A DNA stretch of 64,000 bases from Sporopachydermia quercuum (Eukaryota), in NCBI GenBank assembly GCA_001599295.1, contig BCGN01000002.1:310001-374000 (forward strand), in the 5' to 3' direction. The position numbers and the translations under genes are program-made. The notes beneath the pieces were generated by a model. That model did not search any database. It worked only from the letters and a program-made list of their open reading frames with translations, and was not told the DNA's origin. Shown here piece after piece: positions 34,566 to 47,249 of the stretch; the first letter of the stretch is position 1, and each line of letters opens with the position of its first letter.

Positions 34566-36088
34566 TACATTTAAAGGATGTCTGAGTCATGTATTACATC
34601 ATTTCCGTAATTCAGAGATAGATGGGAAACTATACCATCAATCTCAACTTCATCTTCGTAAGCATCAACATAGATGCTTACGAAAAATATTCACGAAAGA
34701 GAAGAAATAACAGCTCAGCAAGCGAAGAACGAAAAAGATTGATCGTTCAGATTACTTGAGTAATTGGTTTTTCGGTACAAATACATCATATGGTTATTGA
34801 ACTGAATTCTGAGGACCAAAATAGAACAGAACCTTTTAATCATCAAAATTACAACAAAAGGCAATTATAGTATATGTCAGTGGTTAAACGGCAGAAGGTT
34901 GCCAAATCTGATGGTAATGGATGAACTGCATTAACGATCAGTGTAAGTATTAGTTTCTTTTTGGAGAAGTGAATTGATATATTTTCGCCGAATCTCACAT
35001 TATGTATGAACAAGAGTTGTACACTCTGGCTTTCCTCGTATCTAAGCCAAGGCTTTGCGATAAATTTACATCAGGGCATTTCGGCATCTAGCAAGCATGT
35101 AGAGCCCTATTTCGGAAACTAGCAACTATAATAAAAGGCTGTCACTCCTATTCCACTTTTCCTGACTTTTCCTGATTTATTCCCCGTTTCTTTTGTATTA
35201 TACTCTATGAATGTTTAGTTTCAATAAATAATTACTCTGGTTCTGCTTACTTGGGTTGACGTAGGCAATAAATTGATACATAACCTACTTTATTATATTC
35301 ATTGCATAATTGAATGAGTTGGATTAACTATTATGTATCGGACAGGCAGCTGATGTTACTATTGGAACTTGGGTTACTATTTCACTATCTTAGCGCAGGT
35401 ATGAGATAATACTTTTCACTACATAGAGGTAGGTTAGCTGTTTGGTTCGTTTCATATCTGTGAAATATCTTCATAAACAATCATTTCTAACTCCTGTTGT
35501 ACGTCAGATAGTCAGTGTACTTGGATGATTCGATATACAACAAAGTAAAAACAAAGCAAATCATCTAGTACGTTAAATGTTTCGATATTTCGGCTGTCTT
35601 TCTTATGTTGAAATAAATGATTGCTTCCTCTTGTGCCCTGTTTAACACTTGAAACGTTGATTGGTTGGTTGTTGATTTGCTAGTTCAACCGACTAATTGA
35701 GTAGTTATTATTGGATTTTGTATCACATAGCTTTCTGGGAGTAATAGTACTATGGGTTCTTCTGATCAGTTTGTATGTAAATGAGCTCATAAAGTGCATG
35801 TCTAGTGCTTGTCGTTGAACAATTCAGTAAACAGTTATCAACCGGTTAAGTTCTAGTTGGCTAATGGACTTTAGGTCTGATTGAAAGTCCTTGGCAGTTG
35901 TGATTAAACTTCCACAATTCAATTATTCTCTGGCTTCTGTCGGTTTGATCAATTTGCTTAGTTCTGTTTAGTCGATTCCCTTGGTTCCGTTGTTCCTCGT
36001 TTACATCTAATTTCTGTTTACTATGACTTTCATATCATTCATGCTGCTTCTAACGATCGTTTCTATATCCATAAATCATAATCTTTTC

Positions 36089-36769
36089 CTAGGCATTATC
36101 TTTATCCTTTTTCAGTTCACTCGGAAGTAATAAATCAGGTGGATCATTTACTATCAAATACTCCAAAAGCTCTCGCACAGGCTCTCTATCCTTTTCATCA
36201 AACAACCAGAGCCCATATGTCTTACCAGCAACACTTTTCACCAGTAATATCTCATCGCTCAAACTAACCTCCATAGTATTCAAGCCATTGGCTTCTGTAA
36301 CTGTGTTAGGACTCACTCCTAAACAAAAATTTTCTGGTGATAGTCTATTGAACACTATTATACCGTAGGCATATGGATCTTTGTATGGAGAGAACTTCAG
36401 TTGCTCTTCTTCGATTTCTTTTTGCCTTTTTTCTTCTTTTTCTTCGTCTTCATCAGCGTATACGCTGAATACGTCTTCATCATATCCGCCAATATTTGAT
36501 GGTACCGATAGTTGGAAATAACGTGAATATACTATCATCACACCTTGTGGTTGAAGTTTTTTCCACTCATCTGCTGATTCGTTGAACTCGTAAAGAACGC
36601 AATGAGACGCGGTGTAATATATCTCTTTCAGTTTAGGGTCATACCTGTGGAGAACACGATAGTTTAATGCTTGTCGATATACTTCGAATACTTGATCTTG
36701 CGATAGTTGAGGTTGAGGCTGCTGTGCTTCAGGTACTGTTTCCGTTGTGTCTTGTATCGAAGGTGCCAT
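36089..36769 (-). CDS. DCP1: mRNA decapping subunit Dcp1 (EVH1 fold), 226 aa
   Basis: ALNYRVLHRYDP...TASHCVLYEF...EWKK...YGIIVFNRLSPENF...YGLWLF. Confidence 0.93.
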   Translation of the reverse strand: MAPSIQDTTETVPEAQQPQPQLSQDQVFEVYRQALNYRVLHRYDPKLKEIYYTASHCVLYEFNESADEWKKLQPQGVMIVYSRYFQLSVPSNIGGYDEDVFSVYADEDEEKEEKRQKEIEEEQLKFSPYKDPYAYGIIVFNRLSPENFCLGVSPNTVTEANGLNTMEVSLSDEILLVKSVAGKTYGLWLFDEKDREPVRELLEYLIVNDPPDLLLPSELKKDKDNA

Positions 36770-37020
36770 TGTGGACGATTTTGTTCTGACTTGTAATGCT
36801 TAAATCTGTTTTGATGATTAGCACCAACTTGAGCTGAATTCCAATATTAGAAGAGCCAACAAACATGTGTGATGTTGTAGTTAGAGTTAAATAGAGAAGG
36901 CTTTGGTATCAATTCACTAATAGAACAGTTACAAGTATAATCCTATTCATATGCTTTCAATTTGCAGTGGGAGAAACTTGAATGGAGATGTCACACATAC
37001 CGTGCATGAAGAACGAGAAT

Positions 37021-37030
37021 ATCACGTGAC
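37021..37030. promoter_or_regulatory. bHLH (Cbf1-type) site ATCACGTGAC in the divergent DCP1/HIRIP3-like promoter
   Basis: Matches RTCACRTG on both strands. Confidence 0.5.
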
Positions 37031-37482
37031 GCCTGTTTGCTTATAATATGGATTACTCTTAAGTAGACTAGATAAGACGTGAAGCACTTATTTATAGTGC
37101 TTATAGGTAAAGCGATACAGAATTACTATGTCTCTAATTCTTTGTTTTAGACTAGATAAATACCGTTGAATCTAACACTTTCTTTCCTCTCAAGGATCGA
37201 TGTCCCTTTCTCCAACCATGATTCTCACACTGTTCTTCACCTGCATTAATTATACATATTACCTGCATCTGTCCAACGCAAATCACACATATTCTCTTCA
37301 AACACGCGGTTTGACTTTCTCTCTTTACCAATAAGCATTTCTTTCTTTAGCTTAGTTTTATTATTTCCATCATTTTCATTCAAGAAACATCATACTTATC
37401 ATATTGTCTTGCTTGCTATCCGCTATGTTAATTCATTAGTTCATTTACTGAAGTGCGGAAATACGAACAACAAATCATTACG

Positions 37483-38568
37483 ATGGCTCCAGCCCCATCT
37501 GATGAAACGATTAGAAATGCCATAATTCACGAAGTATGGTCAGTGGACTTACAAACGACAACTATGCAGAAAATAAGGAAAAGCCTGAGAGAAAAATTCA
37601 ATCTAGAGAGCAGTTTCTTCGACAAGGGAACTGACTGGTACAGTAAAAGCAGAGAAATCATTACTTCTACCTTGAAGGACCGCGTAGCAGGTAAACCAAA
37701 TCCTACAAATGATAAAAGCTCTCCTAAAGCACCATCCGCAGAATCATCTAAATCTGCTACTTCTTCACCTTCTAAACCAACATTTGTCAAAGACAAGACA
37801 AAGTCAAGGAAATCAAGTGTGAAGAAACGAAAATATACTACTGACGATGTCATTGACGAAGAAGATGATTCTAGCAATGAACAAGAGGAATCGGTTCCTG
37901 AATCTGCCGATGAACAGCCAAGGGAGTCCACCAAGTCACCAAGAAACAAACAAATCAAAGTGAACCCGAAGAAGACAAAGCAAAACAGTAAATCTCAACC
38001 GTCAAAACACGCGGAGACAATAAAAACGCTGCGGAAACAGTTGAGGATGTGCGGAGTGAGAAAAACATTCAACAAAGAGATAAAAGATCTGACAGACGGC
38101 GAGAAAGTGAGATTTTTGAAAAGGGAGCTCGAAAACATTGGAATGGTGGGCAGGTTTAACCAACAAAAGGCCAAGGAGATAAAAGCGCGAAAGGAGTGGG
38201 AAGAGGAACTAGGCGAGCTAGGAATAGATGCTGAAGGGTCTGAAAGACCAAAGGAAAACGAAGAAGAGCAAGAGCGAGGCCATAAGCAGAAAGAGGAACA
38301 GGGAGAGGAAGATGGTGATGATGTGAAAGAGACAAAGAAAGTCAATACTGCTGCCAAGCGTGCAAAGAGGTCAAGGAAACGAATAGAATCAGAAGATGAA
38401 CCAGAAGAACCAGAAGAATCAGAAGAATCAGAAGAATTAGAAAGAACAGCACAAGATGACGAACAAGAAATCGAGGAACATCGTACCGAAGACAGTGACA
38501 ATGAATCCAATGATAACGATGAAGAAGAATCAGGTGAAAGTACTAACAAAGTCATCCACACAGACTAA
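37483..38568 (+). CDS. HIRIP3-like putative histone chaperone; may extend by splicing to 39243
   Basis: N-terminal DEK-C-like segment (TTMQKIRKSLREKFNL); conserved block LRKQLRMCGVRK...LENIGMVGRF...KAKEIKARKE; acidic tail. Confidence 0.7.
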   Translation: MAPAPSDETIRNAIIHEVWSVDLQTTTMQKIRKSLREKFNLESSFFDKGTDWYSKSREIITSTLKDRVAGKPNPTNDKSSPKAPSAESSKSATSSPSKPTFVKDKTKSRKSSVKKRKYTTDDVIDEEDDSSNEQEESVPESADEQPRESTKSPRNKQIKVNPKKTKQNSKSQPSKHAETIKTLRKQLRMCGVRKTFNKEIKDLTDGEKVRFLKRELENIGMVGRFNQQKAKEIKARKEWEEELGELGIDAEGSERPKENEEEQERGHKQKEEQGEEDGDDVKETKKVNTAAKRAKRSRKRIESEDEPEEPEESEESEELERTAQDDEQEIEEHRTEDSDNESNDNDEEESGESTNKVIHTD

Positions 38569-39496
38569 TCTTTCAGCATTCGCTAGTGGCGATGAAGACG
38601 AAACATACAATACTCCAGCGAATGTATCTCCAAAAGTACGTATAATTTTAGATGAAATGAAAACGAAATAAAAAGAAGAAACTCTAGGTAAGCAAAACTT
38701 GAGACAGCCAGTACAGTAGATTCTGCATTTACGGATGACTGTTTGATTAATTAAATAAACAGGGAATACATAGGGGCGAGATGTTGTACTAAGAAGGGAA
38801 ACTCTAAGGCAACAGTAAGTCCAAAGAATGTTTATTTGTATACTTGCTTATTATTGACAACGCTATGAAAACACCAATTGATCTATCTAGTTGTACTAGC
38901 GATGTTTTCACGATCGGGAAGATATTTGATCATTGGTGGGTNGACTAATAGCAAATATACGTGTTACTACTGGTATAGTGTTGTCACGATGCCACCATGT
39001 TGATAGCTCATCATTGGATAATCATTTTCTCTGATATACGCCGTAAACAAAGTAATCCACCATTCAATCATGTCATATCCTTTCTGCATCAAATGCTTTC
39101 TACATTTAAGCTTACTTCACCGAACATATAAACTTTTATTTTGTTTTTGCCGATATATCAGAAAAGGAATAAATACTAACATAAAATAGCTTTCGAAACA
39201 AACACTAAGACAGAGAATCATCAATAGTGATTCAGATGAATAATAAATCAACAACAAAAATGGCAATGATACTATAATAACTATCGACATATCAAAGGTG
39301 TAACATATACGAATATATATATAAAAGGAACCATTCCACCATAATAAACCAGATTCAGTCCCTCGTCCTGCAGTTCTTTACCTCTAGATAAATAACCATG
39401 CCATACTACTCAACCATGTTTATAAAAATCAATTAAATCCATTAAGAATACAACGCACAATATGAGGGTCATTATAGCAAAGATATGTGTTCACAT

Positions 39497-40267
39497 TTAG
39501 AGCTCTTTTAGAATATTCTCTGCCTTAGAAACTAGAGGTTCGTTAGTAGGTACAGATTATCAAACAACGACAATTCAACACAAAAAATACAATGAAATAT
39601 CACAAGAATATAACAAATTCACTTACCATTGACTCCTGTTCCATCTGGTTCTTCAAAAGCCTTAACGATAACACCATCTTCAACTACAACGGCATATCTT
39701 TTATTTCTTTCATTTCCGAATACTTTCTTGGCATCCAAAACAACATCAAGTTTTTTAGCTAAAGAGCCATCAACATCACTGAGGAATCGGAACTGAAATA
39801 TCAGCTGTTAGTTATACAAAGAATGAATTGGTGGTTTCAGTTGGATTTGAATACGTTGTATGAAATCAGAATTCCACTATTGAACAAATATGACTTACAT
39901 CCTCAGGCGCACCGAGATCCTCTTTCCAAGCCTTCATAACAAAAGGATCATTGACGGCAACAATAAACACGGTTTGAATCCCTTTGCCTTTCAATTGCTC
40001 ATACTCTTTGATATAGCCAGGAACATGGCTAGCAGAGCATGCAGGAGAAAAAGCCCCAGGGACACCAACTACTACATTCTTTCCTGATTGCAATTCCTTA
40101 CTTATATCAACAGAATTTCCAGGAGAACTTTCCAAGAGATTAACAGAAGGAAATTTACTGCCAACTTGGATCAATTGGCTGGCGGAAACATGAAAGTTTC
40201 TGAGGGCTGGACCAGCAATTGACGAAGCATTGGCAACTCTGGTAATGGCAAATAAGTTTCTAAACAT
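39497..40267 (-). CDS. Prx5/AHP1/PMP20-family peroxiredoxin with mitochondrial-type presequence, 3 exons (40267-39899, 39792-39627, 39531-39497), 189 aa
   Basis: GVPGAFSPACSASHVPGY, AVNDPFVMKAW, FGNERNKRYA; two GTAAGT introns with CTAAC branches; Arg-rich, acid-free N-terminus. Confidence 0.92.
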
Positions 40268-41027
40268 TTTTTCTCGTTATAAGAATTGATAGATGGTACG
40301 AAATGACCTTTACAAGGCTCAATTGATATTTCTGTATGTGGAAATATTTGTTGTGGGTGGATTAGCTGATAGATCCCAAAGTAGTTGATAATAGGGAAGA
40401 GATGGAATAAGAAGTATGCGGAGAAGAGCTTAGATGATTCATGTTTTAACGATGACGTAATTATAAAAAGGGTTGGATAGGGTATTGAAAACTGATGTAC
40501 AAGAAATGGGGCTAGTCGAGAGATAGGGTCTAGTTATACCTGGGAGTAGGACCTAATGATTGATTTGGTTCATTGATGGAAATCATTTAATACTGACTTG
40601 ACAATGTTATCTGAAATAACAAATATCCTCATGGTTGTGATCTGAGTGTCATCGTACATTGAAAATGAGAAAATACTATTTTGCATGGTTTACTTTGCCT
40701 ATACTCCTGATACATCTTTCTCGAGAACACCCGGATTTTTTGTTAGCATAATTCAAAAATGTGTCCAAAGGTCAAGAACAATAAGAAAAATGGAAAAAAG
40801 ATAAGGCAAGAATGACCCACATCAAAAAAAATACGAAAGACATGTTTCCTATAGTTTGATATATCTTTTCGATTAAACAGAGAATTCTATTAATTCGGCA
40901 TTGAAGGCATACGAACACAGTGTTAACCTGCTTAAAGATTCCTTACTCGCTGTGTTAACAAATACAGCAATCTACGTAACTCGCTCATTTTCCTCACTTA
41001 ACTCCGATGACCTAAGTATCTATTGCT

Positions 41028-41979
41028 ATGGTTCGTTTTTCAACAGTTTTATCAGGATATACAGCTCAATTGCGTTACAGATCTTGCCATTCACTGATTT
41101 CAAAATATACGGTTTGGAGTATTTTGAGCTTTAGGTCGGACATTTTTAGCAGTCGCGTTAATAACCGTGGACCCATCGAATGTACACACATATCCCATAG
41201 CCATTATTCAACTGATACCAAACTTGTAGCATTAGATGAGCTTTTACCAATATTTACAACTGAGGAAATCAATGAGGCTCGTGATTGGGTCGAGAAATTG
41301 ACTGCTGATAAGATCCCACAACATGAGTTCGATGTGCAGTTTTCTAGATCTTCTGGACCTGGAGGTCAGAAGGTGAATAAAAGTATGATATATTTGATTT
41401 TCATGTACAAAACAAGTAGAAAGTAAGAAAAAAAGGATGCTAAACTTTTGGAAATAGTATACTTGTTACAAGAAGAAAGGGATGAAGAGTATTTCCATAG
41501 AACCGATAAAAAGTAGCAAGAACTGAAGGCTAACACCGATGACTCAAAGAGCCTCTAGATGATGTATGACAGATAATAAAAGAAAGCAAAAGGGTTCATC
41601 CCTACCTCTACCGCTACTACTAACACCGTACTCTTTAGCCAGCTCAAAAGCTACTTTAAAATTATCCCAACAACAATGGAGTACTGCCTGGTGGATCCCA
41701 AAAGCATTTAAACACATTCTTCAAAATAACCTACGGTACACTCATAAAAATGGATTGGTGATCCAATCAGACAGTTCAAGAAACCGCCAGGAAAACATAA
41801 AACTTTGCTTCCAGCGCTTAGTTGACGAAATCAAACAGTTTCAAATAGCCAAACCACTGACTGAAGAACAGAAGGAGAAGCTGAATAAACAGGCAAAGAA
41901 AGCAAATGAGATACGATTGAAGTCTAAAAAGTTCCATAGTGAGAAAAAGAAAGCAAGAGGCAAATATTTTGATTTGTAA
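41028..41979 (+). CDS. PTH4: Mitochondrial peptidyl-tRNA hydrolase, ICT1/mL62 family, 2 exons (41028-41382, 41639-41979), 231 aa
   Basis: FSRSSGPGGQKVNK|TSSKATL; GTATGA...TACTAAC...TAG intron; LVIQSDSSRNRQEN; basic tail RLKSKKFHSEKK. Confidence 0.9.
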
Positions 41980-42984
41980 GGTAACTGGATTAACAATGAA
42001 TGAACTTTGGACAAGAAATTCGTTTCTTATTAAAATTGATGATAAATGATGCCCTATCTTCTGAAAAAGATGAGAAGGTATGAACAATTTATGGGAACCC
42101 AAATTCATGATATACAAATGAATGTGATTATTGGGTTTTGAGAAGTTAAGAGAGTTCCATGTTTGAAAGAGAGTCAAAGACCGAAAATACTGTAGTAGTA
42201 AACAATTGTTCTATCGACTATTTTGTACACTACAACCAGATTTGCTAATAAGAAAGTTTTGTCAAAAGAAGTGAATTTGGCTAATACAACGTAATTTCCC
42301 TCATTGACTGGGCAAAAACGATTGGAATAATAACATGAAGCATGAAATATATTGCATGCAAAGCAATAAGAATAATTCAAAAGAAAAAGAAAAAAGGAAT
42401 GAAATAAGGAGAAATTAATTGGCATACACGTTAAATGAGAGGTCTCATTCAGTATAGAAATACTCACCATGGAACCTGCTTTTTTCTTGCTTCATTAGAA
42501 TATCTAGGATTTAAAAGTGACCGTTTGATACTGTAGCTAATATTGCAGTAAATCAACAGATACCGATAAAATCCCAAACTTGTTCGACACTCATCAGCAT
42601 TATGATCATTATCGTATACAATTCGAGAGACGTATCGGGAATTATTCAACTTCTCATTACACCAACGAGAACCGGCAAAAATATAGCATGTTTCTGATAA
42701 ACAATAAACAACAGGAATAGAAACAAGAGTGAATATAGTATCTGAATCATTATAATTGCCCCAGTTATTATTTATCTCCTTGTTACTATTTATTTCATTA
42801 TTCATTCTTGATTATGACAAGTGATAATCTATTCTTTATTCCAGTTTGACCAGAATTTTGAACTATACATATCTGTATAACTTGTAGAACCTCCAGAACT
42901 GGACATCATTATTTTGTCAAACGACGCCTTTCTATGACGGCTAGATATAATACATGATCTCCCAGCTGTGGCTTGTAATAGGAT

Positions 42985-45078
42985 TTATGAAATTCTTGGT
43001 TTTTTGGGTAAGGAATCGGGCAATTTGGCCAAGGAAGTAGCATCATTTTCATCCTCCAACTCTTGTAACGATCGTTTTTGAGGAGTTGTTGGTAAGGATG
43101 TTTTAGCTGAAGTGGAATCAAGAGCCGGAAGTTCCGAAGAAGGCAAAAGTGAATCAGTTTTGCCCGATGATTCGGATTCGGATTCCAGCTTTTCAGTACT
43201 TTCAGTGATACTTTTTTCGGGTTTGGGTTTATCTTCTGTAAAGATTTCTGGTTCCGGTACTGGTTCTGGCTCCGCATTTTCCATTTGAACATCTTCTTCC
43301 TTCGGCTCACTTGGTTCTTTCTCTTCCACTGCAGCCTCCGGTTCCTTTAGATCCTTTGGTTCCTTCTCTTCTGCAAATTCCAGATTCTTTTCTTCCGTAG
43401 TTTCCTTCTTCAGACTCCTCGTCTCCCGCTCCTTTCTACTAATCCCAGGATTAAACAACCCGGCTACCCCGCTTCTAGCAGTAACAGTACTCAGACCCAT
43501 CCAATTCTTACTCCTCATCGCGCGCATTGCTCTCCATGATCGGATCCCTAACACCTCGGTATAATACGCCTTATCATACACAGAGAGCTCTTTTCCCACA
43601 TCAGCCACAACTTCCTGCAGATCCTGCAGACTCTCTTTGAAACTGTCCGGTGCGGGAATCTCAAATTTGCCAGCCAGGTACTCCATGCCTGTGGGGGTCT
43701 CCCAAGCTACTGTTAATTCACCTGTACCCAAAGGATATCGACAGGAAGGTCTCTGTTTCCTACTGAACTGTCTGTAGGTTTCTGCTAAAGAATCGAGCGT
43801 CTCCTGCTGCAAACCAGGGAGCTCAAAGGACGCACAGTTTCCGGTTTTCCATACTTGCCAAGCCTCGTCTCTGATGAGAATGTTCTTTATGGTTCTCCAC
43901 AACGGGGGTAATAGTAATGATTTAGCATCGTTTTCCAATAGTTGTGACAGCTCTAATTCAAGTTCGGGAGATAATGTGAAGTTCAGGAAGGGCTTGTCAG
44001 GCAATTTGATACCTTTTTCTATCAGAATGTCCTTATAGCTTTGGGACAAAGTCTGTAGATATTTCACAGTGATTGCTATTTGTAGGGTAATGGTATTTCG
44101 GAATGATGTGTCCTGTAGCTGAAGGTTGAATAGATCGTGCTGTGTGAGCCATTTCGGTATGAAATAGAAGTCACTAGTAGCTGTGGAACTATTGTTGATA
44201 TTTATATTACTGTTGGTACTTACATTGTTATTGTTAATGCTATTGTTATTGCTGTTACTACTACTCTTAAACTTAGCAAGAACATACTTCACATTCTCAA
44301 CAAACTGCTCAAGCTCTCCTTGCTGAAACAATAACACGGGACTGTTCAAATACTTCTGTAAACTCCAAAACTTAACATAAAACTCATCTTGAGACCGTTG
44401 ATCATAATTAGTGATGTTTCCTACGTTGAACTCTCCTTTGATGTTCAGACCACTCTTTTCACTAAGAGGAAACGCATTCGCCAAATAGCTGAGAATCTCA
44501 CCAGAAAATTGCGAATCTTGCGTCTTGGAAATCCTTCTTAATAACGCATTGCAAAGTCTGATTAATATGATACCAGGAAGCTTTTGTCCATTGATATTCT
44601 CGGTGATGGTCTTGCTGCGAGTCTGGAGATAACTCCAGAACCCTTGACACCAGGAAATGACATTGATGTCAAAAAGATCTTCCAGAAGATAGTAGACAAG
44701 ATTCCTCTCACAAAGGGAGTGCTTGTAAGAAAGCTCAATAACAGTATCTAACACAGCTGCCGAGAAATGCAATTGGTGATGCTGTCGTGGAGATTGATCT
44801 GTCTGAGGTAATGAAGCAGTGTGTTGCTTCACATGCTGGTACAGAACAGCTTTTATAGGTACTTCAAGAAAGCTGGATGGGTCTACATTTGATTCCGGGT
44901 CTTTTTTTTCTTTGATCCGAGTAGCAAATTGGTCAATTGAGATGTAGAAACTTTCAGGATGTTTGTTTGAATCAAACTGTACACCTTGTTGTGTGGAAGA
45001 ACTCTCAGATATCAGACCCTGTATCAGGGACGCAAACTCCTCTTCAGTTTCCTTGAGTAGTGAAATATTTACCGTCAT
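42985..45078 (-). CDS. HPR1: THO complex subunit 1 (Hpr1/THOC1), 697 aa
   Basis: LIRLCNALLRRISKTQDSQFSGEILSYLANAFPLSEKSGLNIKGEFNVGNIT; FWSLQKYL; ILIRDEAWQVWKTGNC. Confidence 0.9.
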   Translation of the reverse strand: MTVNISLLKETEEEFASLIQGLISESSSTQQGVQFDSNKHPESFYISIDQFATRIKEKKDPESNVDPSSFLEVPIKAVLYQHVKQHTASLPQTDQSPRQHHQLHFSAAVLDTVIELSYKHSLCERNLVYYLLEDLFDINVISWCQGFWSYLQTRSKTITENINGQKLPGIILIRLCNALLRRISKTQDSQFSGEILSYLANAFPLSEKSGLNIKGEFNVGNITNYDQRSQDEFYVKFWSLQKYLNSPVLLFQQGELEQFVENVKYVLAKFKSSSNSNNNSINNNNVSTNSNININNSSTATSDFYFIPKWLTQHDLFNLQLQDTSFRNTITLQIAITVKYLQTLSQSYKDILIEKGIKLPDKPFLNFTLSPELELELSQLLENDAKSLLLPPLWRTIKNILIRDEAWQVWKTGNCASFELPGLQQETLDSLAETYRQFSRKQRPSCRYPLGTGELTVAWETPTGMEYLAGKFEIPAPDSFKESLQDLQEVVADVGKELSVYDKAYYTEVLGIRSWRAMRAMRSKNWMGLSTVTARSGVAGLFNPGISRKERETRSLKKETTEEKNLEFAEEKEPKDLKEPEAAVEEKEPSEPKEEDVQMENAEPEPVPEPEIFTEDKPKPEKSITESTEKLESESESSGKTDSLLPSSELPALDSTSAKTSLPTTPQKRSLQELEDENDATSLAKLPDSLPKKPRIS

Positions 45079-46751
45079 TAGACAGAAATGGATTTATATA
45101 TTTTTGTGGTTTGCTTTCTGAGCGGGAGATGGAAATGAAGTTGGCAATTCTGATCTGCTGATAAAATCTGATAGTTCTCAGTAGCTGGAATAAGGAAAGA
45201 TATTTCTTTCCTTAATAAGGAAGAGTAGAAGAACTTACAGGAGGGCCTATTAGGGGGTCTAAAAGAGTATCTTCAGAGACACCTGTACATCAGACAGAAA
45301 ATATAATTGTCTTCAGAATGACCTTCAGATATCTAAGACATATCATTGATACTATTATGCGATGTGATATTAGACAGTAAATGCTACTTGATAAATGTAA
45401 TGGACAAGGTTTTGAGATCGCTTCAACAGAAAAATGATTGGATATTGTAAGAAAATTGAGTATATTTGTTATGGAAACTGAATAAGTCTACTTCATTCCT
45501 TTTACAAGCTTTCTTCCAAATTTTTCTGATAGTAGAGTGAAAGTAAAGGCGGCTTTCTCCTGGTTCACTACAATAACTGTCCGAGGAAATACCTAGAAAA
45601 TGTCCGTTCAACAGAGTTGTGGTCGGTGATGGGAGCAAAATATGAATGAACCTAACTAAACGAGAGGGTTCAATTGAGCTAAAACTCATACACGTCTATA
45701 TCGACATGAGGGAAGGCTAAGCCATAAAAACCAATAAGCAAGAAGAGCAGAAGTAACCATATATGTCCTGAAAACTTGTTCTTCTCAATAAGCTGATCAC
45801 CAAACTGATAGTTAGTTTCTTTGCGACTTTGGACAGTGTGATGTGGTTCTCATTTTGTTCCAAGAATAACCAACCACTAACTTGATCTCAATTGATATTC
45901 CAGTTTCATTTTCGCGAAAGAAGTCGATAATTACAGTGTTCATTTTTCACCCAAACGACATACCAAACTGCTTCAGAACAAAGTAAAATTCTTGAGAACT
46001 AATTAATTCCTTAGATTGGGATTAGCTCATTCTTTATACTTGAAGCTAATAATTTTCATCCAATTACTCTGTAAGCTAATTTAATACATACATTTATAAC
46101 TACTTTGGAACTACTTTGGATTATGAAATAGTGGTTCTGGTCGCGTTGATACTCCTAGAGTATTCCCCCTGGCGAGTTTAAGGTTATTCTGAACTTTAAT
46201 TTCATGATTTTACTCTAAATTTAAAGTTTCGAAGAAGCTCAGACACTCAGTTCCAACATTCTCTTTCCATACAAACATAGGTGTGGTCGATCCATGAACG
46301 TTCCAATAAAAAAGAAAAAGCGTTTCTAATTTATGTTTACATATATGTATCTTCTATAGCACTTTGGGTGTATTTCAAAGCTTCTTTATGATTTTTTTTT
46401 AGTTATGACGAAAAGGTGAAACTTGGTATTGAAATTTTCATCATAGAAAACTTATCTAGATCGACGGTTACTTTTCCATCTAACTGATAGTAATATAAGA
46501 AGTATATATATATATGGTTTAGTCCCAGGAGAGCAGACTTGGAGAAGCAACAGATTCTCAAACTCAACAACATTAGCACTAGTTAGTACTGACAATATTT
46601 GCCTATTGCTTTTACCAGTATTAGGGAGTTTGTTGTCTTGTTGGCCATCAAAGAAATACACCAGCTGGTGAATATATTGAAACACAATCCAACAAAAGGA
46701 GACTGTATATTCATTGCAATCAGCTTCTGAGAAAATTACCATCTTTATAAA

Positions 46752-47249
46752 ATGTTTTATTTTCCCATAGTTCTTATCTCTGCTTTCCTTTTGGGGTCAG
46801 CGTTTGCTGAGGCATCAGAACCTGCGGTTCTTACTGACACCCAGTCTTTTGCTGCTGCTGGAACTGTGTCTGTTCTATCATTGCTGACTGCGTTGAATAC
46901 TGTCCCAACTGCTTTGAGTAGTAATGACAATACTGATGAAACTAATAACGAAATACAGACATCGGAATCAAGCCCTCTATTAGAAAGTGCAAACAGCGTG
47001 ATAACTCTTCATGGTTTAGAAGGGCCATTTATCACATCAAGCCAACCTATAAACAGTACTAATATCACTGTTACTTCATATCAAGAAACTGGTACCACAT
47101 TGGAAACGTTGGTGTCTTCTACATCGTCAACTGGTTTTAGTCAGACGGTGAACAATGCAACAACTCATGAGGGAGGAGCTGCAAGCTCTAAAGACAGATC
47201 TACGGGAGCTTATATGTTATGTTTTGGGTTGATGGCATTCTTGATATAA
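46752..47249 (+). CDS. Small Ser/Thr-rich putative GPI-anchored cell-wall protein, 165 aa
   Basis: Signal peptide MFYFPIVLISAFLLGSAFA; S/T-rich body; C-terminal GGA...AYMLCFGLMAFLI. Confidence 0.75.
   Translation: MFYFPIVLISAFLLGSAFAEASEPAVLTDTQSFAAAGTVSVLSLLTALNTVPTALSSNDNTDETNNEIQTSESSPLLESANSVITLHGLEGPFITSSQPINSTNITVTSYQETGTTLETLVSSTSSTGFSQTVNNATTHEGGAASSKDRSTGAYMLCFGLMAFLI

Noticed and set aside
37021..37140. CDEI-like motif as a point centromere
   Set aside because: No very AT-rich CDEII or CDEIII follows; it sits in an ordinary divergent promoter.
41990..42805. Minus-strand 113-aa ORF with a GTGAGT donor and possible downstream exons
   Set aside because: No in-phase splice model or homology found; may be HPR1 3' flank.
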